DNA of 64,000 nucleotides from Myxococcota bacterium (GTDB lineage Bacteria; Myxococcota_A; Polyangia; Nannocystales; Nannocystaceae): NCBI GenBank assembly GCA_039028615.1, contig JBCCHT010000035.1, positions 1 to 64,000 of the forward strand, read 5' to 3'. Shown piece by piece: positions 20,377 to 33,115 of this stretch (position 1 is its first letter; each line of letters starts with the position of its first letter). The notes under the pieces were generated by a model. It saw only the letters and a program-made list of their open reading frames with translations, ran no database searches and was not told where the DNA came from. The position numbers and the translations under genes were made by a program.

Positions 20377-21794
20377 GGCTCGCGCTTCGCTTCGAGCTAC
20401 GCGCCTTGCTCCGCGGCCGCGCGGGGATGGTCGCGCTCGTGGCATTCCTGGCCGTCGGGGCATTGGCGATTGCAGCCGGCCAGCGCCACGTTTCTCAGTG
20501 GCACGAAGCGGTCACCACCGCGAGACGAGCCCAGGACGAGTCGGTTGCGGAAGCGAGACGCTTGTTTGAACAGGGCGCCGCCGGACCTCCCGATCGCCCC
20601 TGGGTCGACCTCGCGCAGCCGGGGTGGCAAGACCGCTATTCGAGCACTCGGGTCACCCGCGAGCCGGGGCCATTGGCAGGGGTCGCGGCCGGTGCGGTCG
20701 ACCCTGCGCCGGTTGCCTTTCAGGTCAGCGGCAGCGCTGATCCGCTCTCGGCGGGAGGCCATCGCATCGAAAACCCCGAGCTCGATGCCGGTGTGGTCGA
20801 CCTGGCGTTCGTGTTGGCCGTATTGCTGCCGCTGCTGATCGGTGTCCTCGGCGTCGAGATCGGGGGACGCGAACGGCAGGAAGGGATCGAGCGCCTGGTG
20901 GTCGTGCAGGCGGGGGAGTCACGCCGATGGTTGATCGCACGCATGCTGGCCGTGGCAGCGATCGCAGCGGCTGCGTGTGCGGCCCTGTGCATCGTCGCGG
21001 GCCTGGTGGGAGGCGCCAGCGGGCAGGAAATTGCCACGCTGGTCGGGAGCGCGTGGGTGTACACGGCCGTGTGGAGCGGCCTCATGCTCGCGGTCAACGC
21101 CCACGCGGGGTCGATTCGAGACGCCGCGTTCGCGTTGGGAACCGTATGGACGCTGCTGTGCATCCTGCTCCCCACGGTCGCCGCCGAGGTCTCTCTAAGT
21201 CGGGTGGAGGCCGACTTCGCCGTCACCGAGACCCTGGGCGCTCGGACCTCGCGGGAGGCGGCCCGACAACGTGAGCCGCAGTTGGTCGTGCGGGAGTTAT
21301 ACGCGCGCTACCCCGAGCTGGAGCGACTGCCGGCGGCGATGGAGGACCCCCTCGATCCGAAGGTCGGCAGGCATGCGGCCGATCTCTTGCTCGTCGACGA
21401 GGTCGCAGCTCGCCACGCCGCACGGCGCGAGCAAGAGCAACGTGCTCAGGTCGTTTCGGAGCGCGCGGCCTGGCTTTCACCGGTCGTGGCGCTGGAGCTC
21501 GGGCTCGAACGCATGGCCGGCGTCGGTCCAGAGGCGGCGTCGGAGTATCGCGAGTACCTCATGCAAGCCGTCGAAGAGCGTGCCTACTGGGTCGTCACGA
21601 AAGCCTGGACCAAGGCACCAGTGACCCAGGACGACTTCGATGCTCTGCAACGCGCAGCTCCGGCGGCCTATCTCCCCCAACGCCGGGGAGGGTCGACCCC
21701 CATCGCAGCGCTGTCGTTTTGGGCGGTGGTGAGCTGGTCCTTCGCCCTGCTCGCCCTGTCTCGAGCGGAACGTCGGCGAGCTCCGCGTCGCTAG
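20370..21794 (+). CDS. Second ABC-2 type permease, DUF3526-like
   Basis: Start MLRLALRFELR at 20370. IENPELDAGVVDLAFVLAVLLPLLI, GRERQEG and AWLSP. TM segments. Confidence 0.85.
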   Translation: MLRLALRFELRALLRGRAGMVALVAFLAVGALAIAAGQRHVSQWHEAVTTARRAQDESVAEARRLFEQGAAGPPDRPWVDLAQPGWQDRYSSTRVTREPGPLAGVAAGAVDPAPVAFQVSGSADPLSAGGHRIENPELDAGVVDLAFVLAVLLPLLIGVLGVEIGGRERQEGIERLVVVQAGESRRWLIARMLAVAAIAAAACAALCIVAGLVGGASGQEIATLVGSAWVYTAVWSGLMLAVNAHAGSIRDAAFALGTVWTLLCILLPTVAAEVSLSRVEADFAVTETLGARTSREAARQREPQLVVRELYARYPELERLPAAMEDPLDPKVGRHAADLLLVDEVAARHAARREQEQRAQVVSERAAWLSPVVALELGLERMAGVGPEAASEYREYLMQAVEERAYWVVTKAWTKAPVTQDDFDALQRAAPAAYLPQRRGGSTPIAALSFWAVVSWSFALLALSRAERRRAPRR

Positions 21795-21858
21795 GTTCAC
21801 CGACAGGGCGGTGCAGCCGGCGGGTCGAGCCGACGGCCGCCGACTCGACCCGGGGAGA

Positions 21859-23394
21859 CTACATGCCCTCGAACACCACGACGCGGTGGTTGAACGCGTC
21901 CGCGACGAACAGGCGATGGCCGTCGACATACAACGCGCCCGGACGCGCCAGCGTGCGCCCCGTGGGGACCCCATCGCTCGCTCCGTTTTGGTCATCGTCG
22001 TTGGACGCCAAGTTGTCGAAGTTGGACTGACCGATCACGCCATCCGCTTCCGCGCCGTCGGTGCTGGGCCAACCGTCGAACAGCATGATTCGGTGGTTGA
22101 GCTGATCGGCCACGTACATCCGATTGCCGACGAACATCAGGTCTTGCGGGCGGTTGAACCCATCCGAGCCGCCGCCCGGATCTCCATCCGTCATATCGAC
22201 CTGGCCGATGACATGGTCGGCGGGTTGGCCATTTTCCGTCGGGAATGCATCCCACACCAATACGCGATGGTTTTGCGTGTCGGCGACCGCAATGCGCGAG
22301 CCGTCCGTCCATACTCCGTTCGGGCCCGCGAGAGTATCGGCGGCCGGGTCTCCCCCACGGTTCGCCTCACCTTCGCCGAAATTTGCCTGCCCGAGAACGA
22401 CGACCGGGAGCGCACCGTTGATCCCAGGGAGCGTATTCCACACCAGGACCCGGTTCGCCCCAGTATCGGCGACCACCATGCGGTCGTTGGCCGCGAACAC
22501 GTCCCCCGCACTGGAGAGCCGATCCTGAGTCACGCCGCTTTGTTGCGCATCGAAATTGGGTTGGCCCGCGACGACATCGGCCGGGGTGTCCGTGGTCGGC
22601 ACGCCGTCGAAGACCAGCACGCGCGGACCCTCGGGATCGGCGATGACCAGGTGCCCGTCGTCCACTGACAACCCGTGCACGAAGCCGCCCAACGAACTCG
22701 CGCCAAACGTATTGGCGGGCTCTTGAAGGCCGGGTCGCCCGATAACGTCGTCGGGCGTGGCCCCGGAAACGGCCGGTACCCCATCGAAGACGAACGTGCC
22801 AGCGCCCTGTCCATTCGGAACGTAGACGTACCCATCGTGGCTCAAGACGCCGCTGGGGAACGAAAAGATGTATCCGAATGCGTTTTGGGTGTTGGAGTTC
22901 AGGTCCGGTTGCCCGATCGCGACGGTCGCCGTCGGGAACGGGCCGAATTCGATGGTGTCGAAGGTGCAATCGGGCAGGCAATCGCCGGCCTCCGAATCGC
23001 ACTGTTCGCCAGTATCGACGATCCCGTCGCCACAGCTGGCGAACACACAGCCTTCGCGGCACGCATCGGGCTCGTCCCCGTTGCCTTCGCCCTCGTCGCA
23101 CTCTTCCTCTTCTTCCACTATGCCATTGCCACATTCGGCCGGCGCGGGGCCCTCGTCCCCCATGGTCGTACCGCTCGAGTCCAACGTCTCGTTGCTACCC
23201 GATGAACTCGAGTCTGCGGCCGAAGTCTCCGACTCGCCCACCGCGGCGGTGGTGGTGGTCCCACTGCTCCCGTCCGTACCTTCGGTTCCGGTACACGCAT
23301 CGCTCTCACATGTGGAGCTGGGGGGGTCAAAGCAGCCCGAAACGACGAGGGTGGAAGCGAATACACAAAGAGTCGTGATACGAGAGTTGTCCAT
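21859..23394 (-). CDS. Lipoprotein with Myxococcus-type Cys-rich repeats and NHL beta-propeller
   Basis: Lipobox VSGC, CGNGIVEEEEECDEG and CGDGIVDTGEQCD repeats, and repeated VADTxNHRVLVW...ADxVxGQ NHL blades. Confidence 0.9.
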   Translation of the reverse strand: MDNSRITTLCVFASTLVVSGCFDPPSSTCESDACTGTEGTDGSSGTTTTAAVGESETSAADSSSSGSNETLDSSGTTMGDEGPAPAECGNGIVEEEEECDEGEGNGDEPDACREGCVFASCGDGIVDTGEQCDSEAGDCLPDCTFDTIEFGPFPTATVAIGQPDLNSNTQNAFGYIFSFPSGVLSHDGYVYVPNGQGAGTFVFDGVPAVSGATPDDVIGRPGLQEPANTFGASSLGGFVHGLSVDDGHLVIADPEGPRVLVFDGVPTTDTPADVVAGQPNFDAQQSGVTQDRLSSAGDVFAANDRMVVADTGANRVLVWNTLPGINGALPVVVLGQANFGEGEANRGGDPAADTLAGPNGVWTDGSRIAVADTQNHRVLVWDAFPTENGQPADHVIGQVDMTDGDPGGGSDGFNRPQDLMFVGNRMYVADQLNHRIMLFDGWPSTDGAEADGVIGQSNFDNLASNDDDQNGASDGVPTGRTLARPGALYVDGHRLFVADAFNHRVVVFEGM

Positions 23395-24256
23395 GGTTCT
23401 TAGCGCCCTGGGCCATGAGGCCACTGTGTCGCGGAGCGCAGAATTCGAGGGCCGATCATCGCGGCGGCCGTCGTTCTCCGTGCTCGCAGGAGGAGATGCG
23501 ACGCCTCCAGGTTTTGTTCAGCCGGTCGTCACTTTTTTCTAGAACAGTGACAACAGCCCCAGAATCCGCCCTCGCGTACCCAAGGGCGCGATTTTTCTCC
23601 GAGCCTCCCAACTCGCCCACCGAACGATGGTCCTCCTTTCGAGCCTCGACCAAAAAGCCTCTGCCATCGAAACGCAGCAGGCCCAGACGGAGACCCGGAG
23701 CAGCAAGCGCTTCACACGCCCCTCCGTGAGCTCCGGGCGGAGCTTGCCCGGAGGTCATCGAGGTCAAGCTTCGACGCCCTGCTTGCTACCCGAAGGTGTC
23801 GTTCGCCCGCGGTCCACCCGGAACAGACCCCGGATCCAACCCACGACGGGTCCGAGGAGTTCGAACTGCACCAATGCACCCGACACCACGGATACCAGCA
23901 TCCCTCGTGGGTCATCGACGGACGCTTCGAAGCTTGGCCGCGTGCCTGCGACGGTATGAACACGGTGAGCGCCGTTCGGTCCTCGCCGAGAAGGCAGCTC
24001 GACGCTCGGACGGGAGGCTCATGCGGACGAACGTCGGCGCATCTGCGCTCCTCACGTCAAGATGCCGCCCACACCTGGCCAGTGCCGCCGGTCGTGCGCG
24101 ACGGCGTGTCGATGACCGACGGCCCTGCTGCCGGCCATGACCATCGTTCCGGGGTACGACGCCAAGGGAGTCGTCGCGAGTTTCGTGGGGCGACCTCTTA
24201 CGCTTCCTGGCCCGGTACCGACGCGCCGGAGTCGATGAGGCATCATCGTCCCCAGG

Positions 24257-27244
<2,988 letters not shown>

Positions 27245-27565
27245 AGCTCGGTGACGATTGGGACGCCAAGCCACCGCTGCTCCTCGCCCAAGCGACCGCA
27301 ACAGAGCCATGCAGCCATTTCAACTTAACCGTACGCATCGCGACTGACAATGGCGCTCGCCGGTCACCGTGATTGTTCCACCGCCGGCGACGGCATCGCG
27401 ATGGGTACATCAGCGCCAGCGCGACGTTCCCCGTCGGTCGGGGGCACCGGGAGAGGCCGACGGAGACTTCGACGACCACTTCCTGACCGTCGTCGAGTTC
27501 GCCACGTCACGACAGCCTCCATGTGAACACGACAATCTCAGCCGCCCTCATCGGCGACGAGGAGC

Positions 27566-28900
27566 CTACCCATCGAGCGTGGAGGTCCACCCATTGCGAA
27601 CGACCCAATCGTCCAGGCCGAGGTCCTCGGTCTCGGTCCACCGAGGCACGCGAACAGACTCGCCGTCTCGGATCGCGTTACTGAGACGACTCGGCAGGTG
27701 CAGGTCGGACCACCGAAGTCGAAGAGCGTAGCTCGCGGTGCCTTCGCGGAGCGCCGCCTGGACCCGCTCCGACTGAGCCGGGTCATCGAGGAGCGTGGTC
27801 AACTTGTGTGGTCGGCCGAGTGCTCGGCGCGCCTTGACCTCGTGTACGCGTAGAAGCGGAATGAGGTCGACGCTCCGACGCAGCTCACCGTCGTCGAAGA
27901 CGGCGACGTCGAGCTCCTTCCCGGGCCACAGATCGCTCTCGACCAGCTCGCGCTCGAGCAGCGTCCGCAGCTCACGACGAACGCTCGTCCAGCGTCCGTG
28001 AACGAAGAGCGACCCGTAGTGCACATGGCCCGGGCTCCCGCCCACGCACAGGACATAGAAGCTCCGCACGGTCGTCGAGGGCCGCTTGGGCTCGGCTCGA
28101 GGCTGTCGCTTGCGAGGCCGCTCGGGTTGGGCGTTTGGCGACGACGTGGACTTCCGCGGACGCTCGAGGACTTCGGAGCCGACCTCGAGACGACGCAGGG
28201 CGGGGAGCTGCCAAAGGGTCGCGAGCCCTTCGCGGGTGGTCTTTCCCCTGGACAATCGAAGCTCGCGCAGCTCATGGGCTGGGGCCAACGCCTCGAGGTC
28301 GGCGTCGTCGAATTTCATGTCCACGCCGAGCGCCAGGCATCGCAGGCCGGGGATCTTCGCTATCGCGTCGAGGTTCGCCCGCGGGAGCTTGGTCAGGCCC
28401 AGATCGAGTTCCCGGATCCCGGGACTGCGACCCAGATCCAACACTGCGGCGTCGTCGAGCCGGCAATGATGCAGCTGCAAACACAGACGGGCTCGAGAGT
28501 CGCCGAACACGTGGAGCCCGGGTCCTCTCAGGCTCTTCGCTTCGATGGTGACTTGGACGAGCTTGCGCCACGATGCGAAGGCGGAGAAGCCCGCGGGAGT
28601 CAGCTTGGGGCAGTTGATCGAGAGCCGCTCAACCTTCGTCAGCGCCGAGAGCCTGTCGAGATCGCCGTCGCGGTAGGAACCACTGATCCACAGATCGGTG
28701 AGCTTGGTCAGCGCGCTCAGGAAGACGAACCCACTCGGATCGTGAACGCCATGCTCGATCGACAGGCTCCGCATGCCCCGGAGTTCCTCGATCGACCAGG
28801 CTCCTTTCGGGCAGCAGCGACGAAACCAGGCGAGGCACTGCTCGAGCTCGGACGCGGTGGTGCTCGTCCTTGTGGCGTTGTCGTTCCCGCGACGCGTCAT
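27566..28900 (-). CDS. Leucine-rich repeat protein with unknown C-terminal domain
   Basis: LSALTKLTDLWIS, LSALTKVERLSIN, IRELDLG, LRELRLS and LPALRRLEV repeats. Confidence 0.75.
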   Translation of the reverse strand: MTRRGNDNATRTSTTASELEQCLAWFRRCCPKGAWSIEELRGMRSLSIEHGVHDPSGFVFLSALTKLTDLWISGSYRDGDLDRLSALTKVERLSINCPKLTPAGFSAFASWRKLVQVTIEAKSLRGPGLHVFGDSRARLCLQLHHCRLDDAAVLDLGRSPGIRELDLGLTKLPRANLDAIAKIPGLRCLALGVDMKFDDADLEALAPAHELRELRLSRGKTTREGLATLWQLPALRRLEVGSEVLERPRKSTSSPNAQPERPRKRQPRAEPKRPSTTVRSFYVLCVGGSPGHVHYGSLFVHGRWTSVRRELRTLLERELVESDLWPGKELDVAVFDDGELRRSVDLIPLLRVHEVKARRALGRPHKLTTLLDDPAQSERVQAALREGTASYALRLRWSDLHLPSRLSNAIRDGESVRVPRWTETEDLGLDDWVVRNGWTSTLDG

Positions 28901-29017
28901 CCCGGCTCACAGATGATCGCGAACAATTCTCTCGGGGCACAAGCCCCCCTTGGCGGCCGCCGGGAGCCGAGCCGCCCACAGGCGCCCCGACTCCCGGCGT
29001 TCGTCACCGCACGCGAC

Positions 29018-32000
29018 TCAGCTCGTGCTCTCCAAGATCGTGAGACCAGAGCCGATACCGATCACCACGTCGGCGCCCGCGACCAACGGGGGCGCCCACT
29101 CACCCGTTCGGATGGCCCAGCCGAAGGACCCCATCAGCAAGCCGATGAAGCTGTTGGCGACGTCCCAGTCCGAGTAGTCCGGATCGTCGATCTGCCGGAC
29201 TCCCGCAACCCAGCCGCTCGTGGCGCATACGAGGTGCAAGATCCCGTCGAGGATCGGCGACTGGAGCTTGGTCTGTTGCTTCTCGGCGTACATATAGATC
29301 GCATCGACGACGAGGGGCAGGTAACCCAGTGACCACCACCGCAAGGTCGCATTGTCGGCGGCGCTCGGGTCGCTCTTGTTGATCTGCTCAGCGGGTGTGG
29401 TCAGGCACTGCACAGAGAAGCTCGTGACCATCGAGCACATCGAGATGAAGGTCCGGTCGGGATCGGTGTTGGGGGGCTCGGGCTCAGGCTCGGCCGCCCA
29501 CAGGTCGGTCAGGAAGGCACAGCCCGCGTTCATGAACTGAAGCGTCGCCGCGACTTCGCCCATCACCTGCAAGGTATCGGCACGCACGGTAGGCGCGGTC
29601 GATTGCTCGGTGGAGTCGCCCTTGCTCGGCCACGGCAGGAGGCCGTTTTCGATCTCCTCTGCGGTGATGCCCTCGAAGGGAGGCCGGTTGTTGTTCATGA
29701 GCTTGAACAGCAACGTGCCCGGCAGCGCAACGCCGAGGCAGGCGACGTCGAGCAGGGTCAGCTTGCCTGCCTTCAGCCAGTGCTCGTACATCCAGGAGAT
29801 GACCGGGACGTGGAGTTCATGGTTGAGCGTGCCGCCCTTGCCATCGACGCCGATGAGGCCAGTGATGGCGGCTTCGACCAGGTCGAGGATCGCATCCACC
29901 ACGTTGTCGAGGGCACCGATGACGAAGTCCGCGACGTCCATGCCCGCGCTGACCAGCGCACGAATGATCTGCGAGAAGAACATCTTCGGGTTGCTGACCG
30001 CGTTCTTGATGTAGTTCTCGAGCTCCGAAATCCCGCTCTGATACTGCGGGTTGCTCACGATGTCGCGTTGGAATGCATCGGAGATGGTGGACACCGAGCG
30101 CGCGACCTCGGGGCTCGCATTGGCGAATGCGGCGAGGAGCTGCCCGCCCGAGCTGGTCCCTGCCGCCTTGCTCGCCCGGCTCTGTACGTAGTTGCACTTC
30201 GAGTTGTACTGCTGGAACAGGGCGTGGTTGGGGGGGTTGGCCAAGCGGTTGCCCGACGAAGCCGCCAGCGCCGGTCGCCCGGAGGCGTCGATTCCGTTGA
30301 CGAAGCCGTTGAAGGTGTCGTTGAAGGTCGGGTTGTCGATCAACGCCTGCAAGGCCGCGCGCACCTCGGACTTGAACTTGGCGAACCAGATGTCGGCGTC
30401 CTCCTTGGCCCACTCCACCGAGCCGCGCACGTTCTTCAGGGTGGAGACCACGCAAGCCTTGAGGATGTTCTTGGTGTGGAGGATGTCGTCCCACTTGAAC
30501 AACATCTTCAGCCATTTGATGACGTTCTGAATGACGTGGTAGGCCTCCTCGGCCAGCTCGGCGATCCGGGTGAAGATGGTCTCGAGGGCAGCCCCTGCCT
30601 CCTTCACCGTCTTGATGACGAACGAGGTGGCCTTGTTGAAGACGATGGTCAGCGATTTGGCCAGGCCCTCCGCGTCGCGTTCGATCGTGGCGGCGAAGTG
30701 GCTGAGTTCGTTCCACGCGTGCTTGAAGTAGTGCACCACGTCGCCGAAGATCTTGCCCAGCCCCTGCACGGCGGGAGCGCTGCGGGCGGTCCGGACGAGC
30801 GCCATGCCCTCTTCCGCGGTCAGCTCGCGATAGACCGGGGGGCCATCGGGAGGGAAGTGCAGCTCCCAGTGCTCCACGGGGAGCTGGTCGACCTTGATCG
30901 TACCGTCGGGGTTGACGTTGTTGGGGTCGATCCAGCCCCCCGACGCGATGATGGCACTCGCGGCGTCACCATCCTGCGCAGGGTTGAAGTTCTCGCTCAT
31001 CAGCGGCTCGATCTGCTCCCGATCTTCGTCGATGGGCTGGGCGAGCGCTTCGTTGTTCACCGGCCGCGAGGGGTCCTTGTTCTGGAAACGGTTGGCCACC
31101 GATTCCACGGGCTGCCCGGGGTCCGTCTCGCCCGGCTTGACCTCCACCACGTCACCCCTGACCCAGCGCTCGACCCCGTTGCTCACCCGGAAGGTGATCT
31201 GCGGCGGGGTGAGGTCGGTGGCGCGAAGCCGGATGGTGGCGCGACCGCCCGCGTCGGTGGTGAACGACATCGGCGTGGTGGGGGTGAGGCCATAGGAGAG
31301 GCCGTCGACCACGATCGTCGCGCGGTGGTCGGCCGTGGCATGGACGAGCGACTGCACCCCCGAGCCGCCCGCGTCGGTGACTCCGAGCTCCATCACATAG
31401 GCAGCGACGCGATCTGGCTCCGCCGAGCTGGGCACGGGCTGCGCGAGGCGCTGGCTGACCCAGACCTGCGTCTCCCCTTCCGTGCCGGGCTGGCTGGGGG
31501 TGCGGGCGAGATGCTTGATCTTCTCGTCCGTGGTCACGGTGAACATCTCGGGGCCGTGGATCATCGTACCGGGACACACCACCCAATTGAGCGTGGCCCC
31601 CAGGTTGACCCAGTCGCCGAACTGCGGCGCCTTGGGCAACGTGGAGAGGTCCTGCGACAGGTACCAGAGGTTGGATTGATCTTCGTCGACCGCGAAGAGC
31701 ATCAGGACATCGGCGCCGCTGTCGTCCACGTAGTACCCCGCACTCGCCACGGATGCGGCATCAGGACCGCCCAGAGGGTTGGTGTCGGGAATGTTGCCGA
31801 GGAGCATCGTGCCGACGATCGTCGACTGGGTGATGCCCTGAATGAGATAGATCGTGCCGTTGGCCAGGCGCAGCAGCAGGTTGTCCTTGGCGTAGGTCGC
31901 CGGGAGCGGCACGATGTTGGCGATCTCCCACTGCGACACGAAGCCCATGTCCGCGCGGGTGGGCTCGAGCGGTACGAAGTGCTTGTTGTCCGGGTCACCG

Positions 32001-32758
32001 AAGAACAGCGTGTCGTTGTCGAGATAGGCCGAGTCGGTATAGAGCACCCCGTTGGAGATCCACTGGTATCGAAACTGCTCACCATCGCTGCCCGGTGCCA
32101 TCCGAATGAAGGGCTCATATCGGCCTTCGGGATAGAGCCGCAGCGGGATCAAGCTGATCCACTTCCACTGCATGGCCGCACCGATCCACGCGATGACGAA
32201 CGAGCGGTCCTCCCCTTGGGCGCTGGTGGACCACCCGTAGAGGTAGCAGTCGCCGCTCGGATCCCGATAGAGGGTGGCCTGCCGGGTCCCCCTCATCGCA
32301 TCGAGGGCTTCGGCGTGGACGGGCGCGTTGCTCCACCCCGTGGTCTCGTCCCACTGCACCCAGTGCGGAATGCTGCCGACCGCGGCCGCGAAGTACACCA
32401 CCACGTTGAGCTGGCCATCCTGATAGAAGGCCACGAGCTCTTGGATGTCCGAAGAGGTCGCACCGGAGGGCGGCGCGACGCGATGCGTGGTCTTGCTCCA
32501 ACCAGACTCCGACTGCGGATCGGGTCGAAAGTGGACGACTTCACCGTCGCTGTTGACGGTGACGATCTCGCTCGCCGTCTCGTTGGACGCCAGGTCCTGG
32601 ACGATGACGAAGCGATTGCGGAGCTCCGCCGGCACCGAAGCATCCTCGGTCTGGAAGAAGTCATCGAGCAGGTTCGACTTGAGGTCGATGCTCGCCGCCG
32701 TGCCGGCGAGCATGCCGTTGACCTGGGCTCGAGGTGGAGAGGGGATATTCTTGCTCAT
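29018..32758 (-). CDS. Large uncharacterised multidomain protein (beta-rich N-half, Ig-like segment, helical hydrophobic C-half)
   Basis: 1246-aa ORF with high-GC codon pattern. FTTDAGGRATIRL resembles Big-1-type Ig domains. C-terminal amphipathic and hydrophobic helices. No signal peptide seen. Confidence 0.8.
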   Translation of the reverse strand: MSKNIPSPPRAQVNGMLAGTAASIDLKSNLLDDFFQTEDASVPAELRNRFVIVQDLASNETASEIVTVNSDGEVVHFRPDPQSESGWSKTTHRVAPPSGATSSDIQELVAFYQDGQLNVVVYFAAAVGSIPHWVQWDETTGWSNAPVHAEALDAMRGTRQATLYRDPSGDCYLYGWSTSAQGEDRSFVIAWIGAAMQWKWISLIPLRLYPEGRYEPFIRMAPGSDGEQFRYQWISNGVLYTDSAYLDNDTLFFGDPDNKHFVPLEPTRADMGFVSQWEIANIVPLPATYAKDNLLLRLANGTIYLIQGITQSTIVGTMLLGNIPDTNPLGGPDAASVASAGYYVDDSGADVLMLFAVDEDQSNLWYLSQDLSTLPKAPQFGDWVNLGATLNWVVCPGTMIHGPEMFTVTTDEKIKHLARTPSQPGTEGETQVWVSQRLAQPVPSSAEPDRVAAYVMELGVTDAGGSGVQSLVHATADHRATIVVDGLSYGLTPTTPMSFTTDAGGRATIRLRATDLTPPQITFRVSNGVERWVRGDVVEVKPGETDPGQPVESVANRFQNKDPSRPVNNEALAQPIDEDREQIEPLMSENFNPAQDGDAASAIIASGGWIDPNNVNPDGTIKVDQLPVEHWELHFPPDGPPVYRELTAEEGMALVRTARSAPAVQGLGKIFGDVVHYFKHAWNELSHFAATIERDAEGLAKSLTIVFNKATSFVIKTVKEAGAALETIFTRIAELAEEAYHVIQNVIKWLKMLFKWDDILHTKNILKACVVSTLKNVRGSVEWAKEDADIWFAKFKSEVRAALQALIDNPTFNDTFNGFVNGIDASGRPALAASSGNRLANPPNHALFQQYNSKCNYVQSRASKAAGTSSGGQLLAAFANASPEVARSVSTISDAFQRDIVSNPQYQSGISELENYIKNAVSNPKMFFSQIIRALVSAGMDVADFVIGALDNVVDAILDLVEAAITGLIGVDGKGGTLNHELHVPVISWMYEHWLKAGKLTLLDVACLGVALPGTLLFKLMNNNRPPFEGITAEEIENGLLPWPSKGDSTEQSTAPTVRADTLQVMGEVAATLQFMNAGCAFLTDLWAAEPEPEPPNTDPDRTFISMCSMVTSFSVQCLTTPAEQINKSDPSAADNATLRWWSLGYLPLVVDAIYMYAEKQQTKLQSPILDGILHLVCATSGWVAGVRQIDDPDYSDWDVANSFIGLLMGSFGWAIRTGEWAPPLVAGADVVIGIGSGLTILESTS

Positions 32759-33115
32759 CGTGTCTACCCATGATTCTCGGAGGACAATTGCCTCCGGGCT
32801 CAGCGGCGTGCGGAGTCCCCCCTAACGGAGGCTGGCCACACACCGCTGCGAGTCATGGAGAGCAGTCCCCAACGGTGGCAGTTCCTTTCAGTGCACGACG
32901 ACGAATCTCATCGCGTGCGTGAATTCATGGGCCAATCCCAGGTCCACGTACGATTCGATGCATTTCATCGGATTGCGCGAATGCACGGTTGGTGGCACGA
33001 ACTAGCCAGTTTCACGGATTTCGATCGGCGCAAGTCGGGATTGCGGAGAGCAACGACGCGGTCGCGAACGAGGTCATGATCGGACCGCGTCGATGTCTCG
33101 CTCTTCGTCGACCGC

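Noticed and set aside
23430..24250. Short ORFs between the NHL gene and the kinase
   Set aside because: No convincing coding signal. Treated as a divergent intergenic region.
29603..32773. 1056-aa plus-strand ORF
   Set aside because: Antisense shadow of the 1246-aa gene, typical of high-GC DNA. No motifs, and it has the composition of a reverse-frame read.
32990..33010. TGGCACG as a sigma54 promoter
   Set aside because: The -12 element and spacing do not fit, and it faces away from the flanking minus-strand genes.
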